Assembly: GCA_051294375.1 (NCBI GenBank)
Contig: CM119266.1
Coordinates: forward strand, 4,648,573 to 4,712,572
DNA: 64,000 nt
Reading direction: 5' to 3'
Source of the DNA: Paraspadella gotoi
Taxonomy: Eukaryota > Animalia > Chaetognatha
A program made the position numbers and the translations under genes. Each line of letters opens with the position of its first letter. Position 1 is the first letter of the stretch. The notes under the pieces were generated by a model, which did no database searches, was not told the origin of the DNA, and was given only the letters and a program-made list of their open reading frames with translations. Shown piece by piece: positions 12,001 through 24,422 of the stretch.

Positions 12001-15000
12001 GTGGCAATTGCTGTTGCCCGTCACTGTTTATCTTTTTCACAGAGAACTGCACTCATATAATAAACTCAACTCCTTTGGGCGACACTTTCTCCCTCTACCA
12101 GAATTTCAGTAAATTAAATTTAAAACGCCGAACAAATTAAGATGAACTCGTTCAGAACTTAAAGATTTAATTTTTTTACCGGATTTAAATTTGCACTTGA
12201 TTTTTTAAAATTTCGATTTCGATCGCTGATTCGTTTTTCTGTTGAGACGCAAAAAGATTTAAGATTTAAAGTTTTTAAGATATTAAAAGCGTGAGAAGTT
12301 GAAGGCAGGCGCCGTTTTCGAATCACGCTGTCCTCGATCAAAGATTAGATTCGAACTTTGTGAGTCTTAACCTTTTAACCGTGACGCCCAACCTCCTGTT
12401 TTAACGACGTCGAGTGACACTCTCTCTCTCTCTCTCTATCTCTCTCTGTCTGTCTCTCTCTCTCTCTCTCTCACTTTAAAATTTCATTTGTTATCGCGAG
12501 TGAACCCACTACTACGGAGTTTCTCCCTTCTCCTATATATCCTCTCGGCTTATTTTTTCGAGTCTTAAAAATGGTTATCGCTCTCAATCCCTGGTCGCCT
12601 CTTTTATCGCTTCGATTCCGCCAGGGTCGCGGTTCACTTGACGGCTCAGTTTTTTAGTTTAATTTAAAAACTATAATTATTAAGGCGATATAATTATTAT
12701 CGTGATATAAATAATTATTTCCAACTATAGTAAAACAATATATATAAATTTTTTTTTAAATCTAAATTTAAAAAAAAAACCCCGACTTATTCTCATTCTT
12801 GGGCCGTTGCCACTGGTTGTTTTTTACTCTTCCTCCAAACAAACTCGTGCCACCTTCTTCTCTTCTGCCAAACTCAGCTTAATTTGGAATTTTGTTTCAT
12901 ATATATTTTTGTTACAAAAAATCTAATGACCAGACTCTTCTCTTTTCTCGCCAACACGCCCCCTTCTTCGCTCAGGTCTTGGTCACGAAAGGCGTCGCAG
13001 TTCGACTCCGAGCGCCACCTATCCGACCAACAACGCGGCTCTCGTTTCTGCCCATTTGGGCCAAGAGTCTCAACCCCGCGGATTCCTCATGCAAGAATCC
13101 GATCGTCACGATTCTCCGCGTCCGAGTGAGTTGTTGTTCTTGTTGTTGTTGTTGTTGTTGTTGTTCTCGTTTCGATCAAACTTCCTCCTTTCCATTTTTC
13201 AGTCTCGGAAATGAGCGGCGCCTCCTTCTCCGGAGTCAAACGGGAATCCGCGGATTCCTCCGTCCCTAACCCTTCCTCCAATTACCCTCCCGCAGCAGCA
13301 GCAGCAGCCGCCGCCGCCGCCCTTCCTCCCCAACTTCACCCGCGGCATCCGCGACAATCGCCGCCGCGTCAGCGATCGAGGTCCCCGAACCGTCACGTCG
13401 CTCCCTCTCTCGTCACTGGACAATCCTCGCCCCCTTCTCGATCTTCGCCATCTCGCGGCGAAAGAAGGTGAGAACGAATTTCGATTCGTGATTCAATTTA
13501 GTCGCGGATTCGCGCGTGGCTCTATAGTCTATAAGACGTCTGTCAGTTCGTGGATATTTTGTATTAAGTAAGTGAAAAGAATGAAATTTGTGACTTAAAA
13601 AAAGAACGCGCGTTTAAGTCGTCCTGCCTTTTTAAAAATCCAAAATGCCAACTAAAGTTTTTGAGGAGGAAGAGGAGGCAATCGTTAAAGAAATGAATTA
13701 ACCGAAGTCAGTGATCATGAGATCCTCGTTGTCCTTTTATTTCTATTCGTTAAGAAATGAATTAACCGAAGTCGTGATCATGAGATCCTCGTTGTCCTTT
13801 TATTTCTATTCGTTAAGAAATGAATTAACCGAAGTCGTGATCATGAGATCCTCGTTGTCCTTTTATTTCTATTCGTTAAAGAAATGAATTAACCGAAGTC
13901 GTGATCATGAGATCCTCGTTGTCCTTTTATTTCTATTCGTTAAAGAAATGAATTAACCGAAGTCTGTGATCATGAGATCCTCGTTGTCCTTTTATTTCTA
14001 TTCGTCGATAATCGCGTAACAAAGTCTATCATTTGGTGAGATTCGCTGGATCCGATGGATCCGTCGGCCCTCAATTCCCGTCCTCACGATAGAATTAAAA
14101 GAGAAAGAAAAAAGATAAGTTTCTTCGGGGAAAGATTAATTAATGATTACTAATTAATGATTATTAATTGATTACCTCGGTCCCTTTGAGAAAACTTTCA
14201 GTTCGTTTTAACGTAGCGAAAGCGCGTTGGTTCTTTAAATTTTTTTCTTCCTCCTCTTCCAATTGAATGGCACTGAATGCAGGGAGCTTCACCCGCGGGT
14301 CCCTATCCACACCCAGTACCCAACTTGATTAAGAGAAGATAACTTGATACCTCGACGTTTCTATTAGCTCGTTGCTCAGATAGTGATAGTGACTGCTAGG
14401 GCCTAAAACTAGAAAGATTAAAAGACGGAATTCAGATACAGTGCGATGCACCACGCAAAACTTCGGTCACAAAGTAATTGCGGGTAAAGTTATTGTGATC
14501 ACTGGGAAATACACTGCGGCGCAACACATTGGATGTACCGATCTTGTTTTAAGATATGACTATCCCTTGCCAGCAATACTCCTTAGCTTCCGACCAAGCT
14601 CTGATATTCGCTGTTTTCACACTCAAGGTTGTTTAAACCGTCTTCACGGGAAAACATATAGCTGGGTTTGGACACAGGACCTCATGGTCATGATCCTACT
14701 TTTTCTCCGAGCCACCATCACTTAAATCCTTAAAGGGATAAAAACTGAACCTCACCTTTGAAGATGATCCGCGATGTCTTTTTGTAGTTGCTGCACAGCT
14801 GCTTTATGAGTTTGTTTTTGGTATTCGATTTTTTTGTTTGAAATCTCTAATTCTGATCAAAAAGGAAGTAGAAAAAATATTTCGAAATCATTATTCCTTA
14901 TCAATAGGGTAGTGCGGGGTAATTTCGGAACAGGGGTAATTCGGAACACTGACATCTAAAATGAAATAAAAAAATTGTTTAAAAATATTTAAAAAAATTT

Positions 15001-18000
15001 TTTTGGTGCATTAAATATTTCACCAACTTGACTTTCCATTATTAAAGTTACAGCATTCCGCTGCTGCTGCAGCAACTGCAGCAGCAATTTCAAAGCTGCT
15101 CGTCAAATTTTGTCTTTGAGTAGTCGTTTTCAAGCCTCTGTCACTGTCATATTTGACGTAATATGATTATGGAATATTAATATATGATAGACGAGACTAC
15201 TAATTTTTAGTTATTGAATACATTATTTCGAAAAAATAAGTCAATTATTTTTACATAGCTACAATTAAATTGTGTTACCTCTTTTTCTTTTTATAACGTG
15301 TTAGTAATAATTTACTTATATTGATAACAGTTAGCAATATTTGTTAAATTATTAGTCGAAAAAAATTATTATACTATTAATTTTACAGTAAAAAATCAAT
15401 TTTTAGCCATAAAAATTTGTTTGTTTGTTGATGATGATTGTACTGAATCAACCTCGTTGTATTCGAATAAAATCGCATATATATAAAAAAGTTTGGAATG
15501 GAATTTAACGCCTAAATATTGTTAAAAAATAGTTTGAGACAAAATTAAGAAGAAATTAATATAAAATTAATATAAATGTAAAAATTTATAAAAGGAGATA
15601 AAAATAAAATACAATTTAAAAAGATGAATTAAAATGATAAATAAAAAGAATAAGAAAAAATAACATTGGAAATAAAAAATGGGGGGGAAAAAAACCAATA
15701 TTAATTGAAAAGAAAGATGGGGACGATATTCAGGAATGAAAAGAAATAAAAAACTTTGTCAAAAATACTATGAATCAAAAAATATATATATATTTGGTAT
15801 CTATTGTTGTTCAATAATTTTTCAAAAATGAGAACATAGTATTAAAAATTATTTTATCCACTTAAGAATGTAAGATTTAAAATTTTTTATACATAAAACA
15901 TCAATGACAGGCACTATGCTCCAAATAATAGTGTTTTTGTTATTATTTTTTATAATATTATAAAAAAATATACATAATATATTAAGTGTTCCGTTTTACC
16001 CCAGGGTGGGGTAAAACGGAACACTTTCAATTTTTAAAAAGGGGTCGCAGGATAAAAACGACTACATCACTCTGTAGCGGGGACACTTTCCTCGATATAT
16101 TACCAGAAATTTTTTTTTTTAATAAACTTACTATGTGAAAAATTTGAATACTTACAAAAGTGTTCCGAATTACCCCGCACTACCCTATTCCATATTATTA
16201 TTTTATTAATATTATTATTCCTACCTTTTTCAGACTTTTTGGAAGACTCTCTTTCAATTTTCGGTTGTTTTTGCTTCCCCTTGGTGAATGAAGGATGCAT
16301 TTTAAGTGCATTACGAATTACATTTTTTTATCCTGGTTTTCTTACTTTGATAGCTTTTAAAACTTGATGTTTCCTAGTGTAAAAATTGAACTATTTAACT
16401 TAAATGTTACTAATTTTCTAGAGTTTATTTTATACTTTTGGTTTTCAATAAATTTGCTTTTTGATTGATTTTCAATTTCTCCTCCGGTATAATTCGTTAA
16501 ATCCTTACTTTCAACGCTGTCCTAGTATATAAATCAGATTTTCAGTTAGTACCAAATATATCCAAAAAGAAAAACCGTTTGTCTTACTTTTTTTAAAGTT
16601 GATATTGGCTGTGAACTTTTTTCGCTTTCCGAGCTACCAGAAAATTCTCCCTCTTTTTCTGTGTGAAATAAAATAGAAAACAAGAACGGTAAATCCAATG
16701 TGTTGCGCCGCAGTGACTTTATTAACATAAGTGGTACAGACTAATGGACAGCAGACATACTGACGGACAGACCGAAAAGTGACTTATAGAGTCGCTCCGC
16801 GAGTACTCGCGGCGCAACTAACAATACATTTAAACTGGTTTTTAATTAATTTTTACTGGCATACTTACCAAACAAAGAGGCAAGAGAAAGTTCACTTCCT
16901 TGATGTTTACTCAAAATTTTGTCGAAATTTGGAAGACTAAAATAAAAAAAATATAGTATATGTTTACGTTTTTAAAAATTGAGCATAAAAATATAGGGAA
17001 TTTGATTTTGTTAATATATTAATTATTAAATGAGGTTATGGAACAAGGCGTGGTCGGTTTTAATTAATTAATATTAATAAATCTTAATTAATTAATTAAT
17101 TTTAATTAAACTTGGATAACTTTTTTAGGGAAGTAAAATTGTTTTTTAATTAAACTTTAGTTGATGTTTTCCATAAAATTAGAACCTTTTACATTGTTTG
17201 AAAGTATTTTAATGATAAAAAATAAGTCTCAATATAGTATAATATAATTGTATTAATCCTTTCTTTTGTTGTTTGTTGAGATAATTAAAAACGAAAATTT
17301 TTCGGAACAACAATAAAGTTTTTTATTAACTTTGGACATGTTTCGGCTCACAACTCAAGCCTTCATCAGCATCTGAAATCACAAAATAATTTATTTCACA
17401 AACATTGAGAGAGAGAGAGGAGAGAGAGAGAGAGAGGGAGAGTTTCCAACAAAGAATTTAGTAAAGGAAAGTGGTCAGATGCGAGGACAGGTGAAGATGA
17501 GGACAGGGATGAAAGGAGAGTGAATGTGAAATTGGTGAAAAGGGAGAGAGAGAGGGAGAGAGAGACACAGAGAGAGAGAAATAATAGTATACATTAGGCA
17601 ATGTACAACAAAGATAAATAGTATTATAAACTAGACATAACAAAGATTGAAATAAATTAAATTAGGCTGTTTGTGCATTTTTGAAATAGTGGAATATTGA
17701 AATATTGAAAATGAAATGGAAAAGGATAGTTTGTGAGGGATAGTTAAGATAAAGAGCCAAGATCCAGACGGTGACAAGCAAGATACGTGAATACTGCACC
17801 CTCAGTATTTCACAGAGTCAACCCTGACTCTACGCAGCCGCCTCTTTTCTTCGGTCAGCCGAAGGTTCATAAGCCCGGCTTTACCGCTACGCCCGATCGT
17901 ATCTGCCCGCAATTCCATTTTCAATGGAATGACAAAGGAGTTGGGACGCATTCTCACTCCTCTTGTTGGCAAACCCACACCTCAAAAATTCTCTAGATCT

Positions 18001-20215
18001 GACAGAAAAGTTGCAGCATCACAAAGTGCCTGATACTCATCTCTGGTCTCAATGTGAATTTACAAAGCATGTTTACAAATATCCCTCAGGGCCTGATGTT
18101 AGCCTCCGCAGAGCGCCGCCTGAGAGGAGACCGGACATTGCATGAGCGTACGCCAATACAATTGGATGATATCATGGCATTGCTGCGGCTGGACCTGGAA
18201 CTGGCATACTTCAGGTTCGATGGATGGTACTATGCCCAGCCTGGTGGCTTAGGGATGGGCAAATCAACCTCAAGTCCTCTGGCAGACTTCTATATGGAGG
18301 ACTATGAGGTGGAAGCTTTGGACTCTTTTCGATCTCTGCATGGGGCAGAGTCAGTCCTCTTCTGGTATCGGAAAAAAGACGATACCATTCTGGCCGTGCG
18401 CAAGGATCTCATTGAGAGGCCTTTTGACCCATTTGAACAGCATTGAAGCTAGCATCAATTGGACATGTGAAAAGGAGGTGAATGGTCAAATTCCAATGCT
18501 CGATGTGCTGGTAAAGCGCAAAGAGGGCGGCTCAATTGGAATTTTCAGTATACCGCAAACCGACCCATACTGACCAATATATTCCCTTCGATTCTCATGC
18601 CCTTGTCGCACAAGCTCGCCACGGTCAGAGCCCTTACCAGAAGAGGCCCAGCTGATTCCGTCGACCCCCGAGCTTCAGGCCGCCGAGCTTGAGCATTGTC
18701 AAAAGAGCCCTGGCGCTCATGGTTACCCTCTGTGGGCTTATGAGAAGGCAAGGTTCCGGCAGAACCTGGCTGAGGACAGTGGCCACCAAGGGGCTGTCCA
18801 AGTAACTGCTGACGCAAGTTCAACCTCCACCCCCCAGGAGGAAGAACGAGGCCTTGCTGCTGAAGGCCGACACGCGCCACCACAGCGCAAAATGGGAGAT
18901 AAGCAGAAGCGCCTCAAGAACGTGGGTCACCTGTCGCCTCCCTACCACCAGGGGATCACTGAAGCATTGGTGCGGGTGCTAGCAAAGCAGGGGATCTCCA
19001 CTTCAGTGACGACCCGCGGCTCTTTACCGTGAGCATTTGGTGAAACCGAAAGACAAAATCCCAGACCGAAACATCAGGAGCCGTCTATTGGGCGGCCTGT
19101 GCAGGGGCGGGCAACCAACCCTGCTCGCGCAGCATACGTGGGTGAGACAGGCAAATCTCCTATCAGATCGATTCCAACAACACACAAAGCCCTACAAAGA
19201 TGCAAGAGGGCATTACCTTTCGGCAGTTGCTGAGCATGGCAGAAACTATGGGTCATCTGTTTAGAGAGGAAGACTGTCTCGTGCTGTCCCATGACCAAAA
19301 TTGGTTCTCAAGAGGTATTAGAGAGGCAATTTACATCAAAGCCCTCGAGCCCTCTTTGAATCGTGATGGAGGACGATTCGACCTCCCTCCAAGCTATGAT
19401 TCGCTTATCAAAACTGTGGTGGAGCACCCAACGCCACCTCCAGCCGCACGGGTGACTCCCCTGTCCCCACTCAACGGGTCAGGCGGAGACCTCTCAGCAG
19501 GCAATGGATACCTGATGCCTCACCCAAGCCTAGGCAACTTGGCACGAACTCTCCTCGTACCGAGCGTCGCCCAAAACGATGGCTGCAGGAGGAGGGGGAA
19601 GAGTCTGTATCTCCTGTACCAAAACAGGCCAGAACAGGCAATCGCCCCGCCTCACCGTCAGGTGAGAGGAGGGCATTCGGCAGGCTTATCAGGTCAGAGA
19701 GACATTCGAGTGGCACTGGGCATTTTTTCCAGGTGGGTCATTACCAGATCCCAGCCTAACTAACTACCCACCCACAAATACTCTCTCACCTATGACAGGC
19801 CTATGAACCGAAATTCATCCAGTAAATCCCCTCATTTGCCCGGCTGGGGGGGGGACCAGGCTCACTTTGAGCTCTTTCTTTACTTTATCTTTTTCTCTTA
19901 CCTCTTTATCTTAACTATCCCTCACAAACTATCCTTTTCCATTTCATTTTCAATATTTCAATATTCCACTATTTCAAAAATGCACAAACAGCCAATTTAA
20001 TTTATTTCAATCTTTGTTATGTCTAGTTTATAATACATTTATCTTTGTTGTACAATTGCCTAATGTATACTATTATTTCTCTCTCTCTGTGTCTCTCTCT
20101 CCTCTCTCTCTCTCCCTTTTCACCAATTTCACATTCACTCTCCTTTTCATCCCTGTCCTCATCTTCACCTGTCTCGCGCATCTGACCACTTTCCTTTACT
20201 AAATTCTTTGTTGGA

Positions 20216-20260
<45 letters not shown>

Positions 20261-23200
20261 GTTTGTGAAATAAATTATTTGTGATTTCAGATGCTGATGA
20301 AGGTTTGAGTTGTGAGCCGAAACATGTCCAAAAGTTAATAAAAAACTTATTGTTGTTCCACGAAAATTTTCGTTTTTAATTAGTATAATATAAATAATTA
20401 CTGTCTCTTCAGTAATAAATTTCTTGAATTCAAAACCTTTTTGGTGATGCTTCTTTCGATGATACTGACATTTGTTCCCAAAGATATTCCTAGCAAAAAA
20501 AACTATTTCTAAGAATATTAATTCTGGTCTGTCATAAAATTGAGGCGGTGTGAATATACCGCTATACCGCCACACATTACCAATTAGTCTTTATTTTCAC
20601 GTACCTGTTTTTCACTCAAGTTGACTCCTATTGATATTGTATTTTCAAGAGTAAAAGTTTTTGTATTTCTGTAAATTGTTTAATAATTAACCGTATTTTC
20701 ATCTGTATGTAGCAAGTGTTTATTATACATACCGTGGTTCTTTTCCGTCTTTCCAAATTCCAATGCTTTCAAAAATTTCATTGACTGCTTCGTAACTAGA
20801 TATTCGTGAGTCGATCAGAAACTTGCAACAAAAAAATTACCCAAAACGATATTAATTTACAAATGAATTTTCTTTTAAATGTTTAAATGATTCTTCAAAG
20901 TTTTTACCATAGTCTTTTCGGAAAAGAATTCGTGTCTTTGAATGCGGTTACTGTCAATGCTCTTTCTCGAGTATCTTGTCTTATCCTCTTCGAGTAAAGA
21001 CTTTGCATAGAAGGCATCTAATAAAAGTAAATTGATTGTATTAATTTAAAAATAGCTTTTTTTAAATAAAGCCTTGAAGTGACATAGATAATGTTATGAG
21101 TTTGCGACAGAACCGTTCAATAGTCCCTGAGTTTCGGATCAGGCTGTAACATCATGTTACAGGCGGATTAAGCGCCCCATCCCTCTAAGGCAACCACCGG
21201 GCTTGAACCCCGGACCTTTGGCTTGGGAGGCAAATGACTTGCCTCCTGCACCAATGGCCGCTGATAAACGGTTGGTGGATTTTAGTCCACCATTGCCTGA
21301 AAATTAAAGAGAGAGCTTACAAATTTTTTACTCACCAATTATTGCATCATCGAGGGTGTCATGCTGTTTCATATGCTCCAATTGGGCGTTGTATTTGGCT
21401 ACCCTGTCGGTCTCATTACTTCCTATGGACCTACAAGCTAAATGTTAATTAGCACGATAATATCTTCCTAGTTTTTGTTTTTTCTTACTTGTAAGTAGCG
21501 GTTACAGAATTTCGGCGGATTGAAAGTTCAGCTCTGTAATTTTATTTACATTTTTATATATTATTTTATTTTTCTTTATCAATATAAATAAAAAAAGAGT
21601 ACCTATTGTTATCTGCTCTGGTTTCAATCGAATCTATCACCACGACTACTCCTTGGGGTTCCATATCAGGTCTCATTTCAGCTCGCATTCTATAATTTTT
21701 ATACAATTTAATTATATTTTTATTACAAGACTTTTAAGGCATATTGTTTATAAAAATTATTATTTCATTCCTATTTTACATCTTATTGTTATGGGAATGG
21801 TCCGTGTCAATCGATCCTCTTGTTTTTATGATCATCATTTGATTGTACATTATTCCTTTAAAGGCCCCTGGAGTTCGGTATATTAGATCGCCTGATAAGA
21901 TTTTGAGTGATGCAGTCACAGTCAAAATGCTGTTTCCGACGCGTTCATTCTGAAAATTATTTCTTTATTATTTTTCGACCGCCAAATGTGAATTTATTTA
22001 GTTTCTTTAATTTATTTAATTAACTACGTCCTAGCTATTGCAATAATTTAAACAATATCACTTTTTTTTTTGGCTGAATTAGTAGCCCAATTTTTTGGCT
22101 GCCACACCCTGTATATTCCGATAGGTCTACCAAAACGTAACCGATTTTTCTTCCTTTAGCTTCTCCAGTGGCTTCCTATAAACAGGGTTACTATGAACTT
22201 TAAAAAAGAATTTGCGTTTCTGATACTTAACGTAATTAACGATATTGTCTCCATCATAATTAACGATATTGTCTCCATCATAATTAACGATATTGTCTCC
22301 ATCATAATTAACGATATTGTCTCCATCATATTTACCTGAAATATTGTAATTTTACATGGGCAAGGATCTAAGACGCACGTATCTTTCGACGAATAAAGGG
22401 TACATTGAAACGTGTACAGTTGTCTCCAGACAATGATGTGCTTCTTTACCTTTTATAAACTTTTGTTAATTAATCAAACTTAATTTTCTTTTCTGGTCGC
22501 TCACCTCCATGCTTCGAGTTTCCGACTTGAAATGTGTCCCTTCGCTGAGGTTGATTTTGCAATAAAACGATCCAGTCAGAAATGGAACCGCCATTAATTC
22601 TTCCAACTGAATCTGCACGATTGTCACATGATTTTTATTGTAAAGAGTTATTTATTGGAACTAATTTGTGCATAAATACCTCAACGTGAAACAAATGTTT
22701 TCGTTTCAGGCCCGGAAATAAATGACTCAACGTTCTCGACAGCGATTTGGTTGAATGGGGCATGGTTAAATTGGTTATTAATTATCCGACGATTTAATAA
22801 AATAAAAACTTAAATAATTTTTTTTCAGAGTATTACGTAGTTTTTTTGACATTTTTATAAGTGGGGTAAATTGGAAAAGATTCCCGCGAATACAATTGTC
22901 TCTCTTGATATCAGGGGTCATCACCCAGTGAGCACGTATCCCTCAACCGTTCCTCTTCTCCCGAATCCTCAAGACGTTCCTTACTTGGCCGCTCTCAGCG
23001 CCAACGCTCAACTTAATCCCGCCGCTGCTCTATCGTGAGATTCCGACCTTCCTACTAATTATATAACAGTCAGCTCTTTGTATGCCCAGATCTTATACAT
23101 AAGGAAGTCGTCATTTTATACCATTGAAACAGTTTTTAAAAATATTATTCCACTTCATTGATAAAAAAGTTAGGTAATCAGGGAATGAATAAACTAAACT

Positions 23201-24370
23201 GCGAGTTTAGATTAAATTTAAAAGGTCCTGTTATGTTATTATCCTGTAAGAAGAATGGAGGCCTTAGTTGGCTTATTTATTGAATTGATGAATAATTTTT
23301 AAATTTGTTTGACTAATTTCATATTAAATTACATTCTTGAAAAATAATTATTTTTGATTATCCTAACTTCAGATTTCCCTACTCTCATCTGCTGGCGGTG
23401 ACCATGAATCCTTATCAAAACCCCGGCGTCCATCACCCGTCGCCCCTTCGACTCCCTCTGCCCTGGGACGATAGGAGGAGAGAGGAGAGAAGGAGGGAGG
23501 AGGAGGAGAGGAGGGAGGAAGAGAGGAGGAGGGTAGAGGAGATGAAGAGGGTGGAGGAAGAAAGAAGAAAAGTAGAGGAGAGAAGAATGGAGGAAAAGAG
23601 GGAGGCAGAGAGGAGAAGAGAGATCATGGAAAGAGGTAGGGGGTTCGTTTTGGGGATTGTATTTATTATTAATTTTATTATTTTTATTATTATTATTATT
23701 ATAAAAGATCAACATTGCAGTATTTAAGTTGAAGCATAATCGTTTATATCTACTCTGAAACCAAATTATAATTTCTTTTTAACATTTCCTCGACCAACGG
23801 AAGAACGCGAGCAAGAGCGCGTCCGCTTGCGTCAACTCGAAGCGGATCGTCAGCGACACGAATACATGCAGTATTACTTGGCGACGCGACCCAAGAAACC
23901 AGACTTTGTGGGCGAAGTAAGATAAAAGAGGGATTAATTAGATTACAATTTCTGACAATATAAGATATTTGTATCTCTGTGAACACAACAAGTTTTGAGA
24001 AAATAATGATAACAATTAGAAATGATAAATTTAATAGACAATGGAGTTTAAGAGTAAGTTCTTATGCCGTGCTTCCACACCTTGTTCGTTCTTCCAGAGT
24101 TCCCGCGAGTCTCATCCCGCCGACGAAGTAGTCGATCTCCGCAAGCGATGCTACTCTTCGTCGCCAGCCAAGGCCACGCCCACTCCTCCGGCCGCTCACT
24201 CTCACCCGTCGCGCGACTGGCAGCGAGAACTCGATCTCAGAACACTCGGCCTCAGAGACGAAGCCTCGTTGGGTCGGGGCAGATGGCCATCCCAGTTGAC
24301 CAGGTACATCAAAGCAATTTCTTAATAGGGGGGGGAATCGTGTACATGTGCTCCTTGGCATTTTTATCCA

Positions 24371-24422
<52 letters not shown>

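Larger units (their letters stand above)
14176..16936 (-). pseudogene. Downstream exons of the nested EEIG1/FAM102-like gene (disrupted or alternatively used)
   Basis: Phase-compatible GT-AG exons 16936-16869, 16658-16588, 16521-16436, 16373-16225 (in-frame TAA at 16330-16328), 14852-14756, then either 14661-14583 (stop) or 14323-14176. Joining them to the core needs +1 nt in the T5 run at 20438-20442. Confidence 0.55.
17282..20382 (+). mobile_element. Penelope-like retroelement (RT + GIY-YIG), 5'-truncated, frameshifted, flanked by ~475-bp inverted terminal repeats
   Basis: RT motifs (SMFTNIP, YFRFDG..YAQ..GLGMGKSTSSPLAD.YME, WYRKKDD, E.E.NGQIPMLDV, YRKPTHTDQY); GIY-YIG motifs (YVGET, SAVAEH, NWFSRGIREAIYI..PSLNRDGG); 17282-17756 is the reverse complement of 19902-20382. 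Confidence 0.92.

Noticed and set aside
13682-14005. Regular repeats that could suggest a CRISPR-like array
   Set aside because: Units are head-to-tail with no unique spacers and the context is eukaryotic; same for 22235-22330.
20393-20411. 19-mer AATAATTACTGTCTCTTCA shared with the tRNA-element tail near 29203
   Set aside because: AT-rich, overlaps a splice donor of the nested gene, no other element sequence adjacent; cannot be distinguished from chance.
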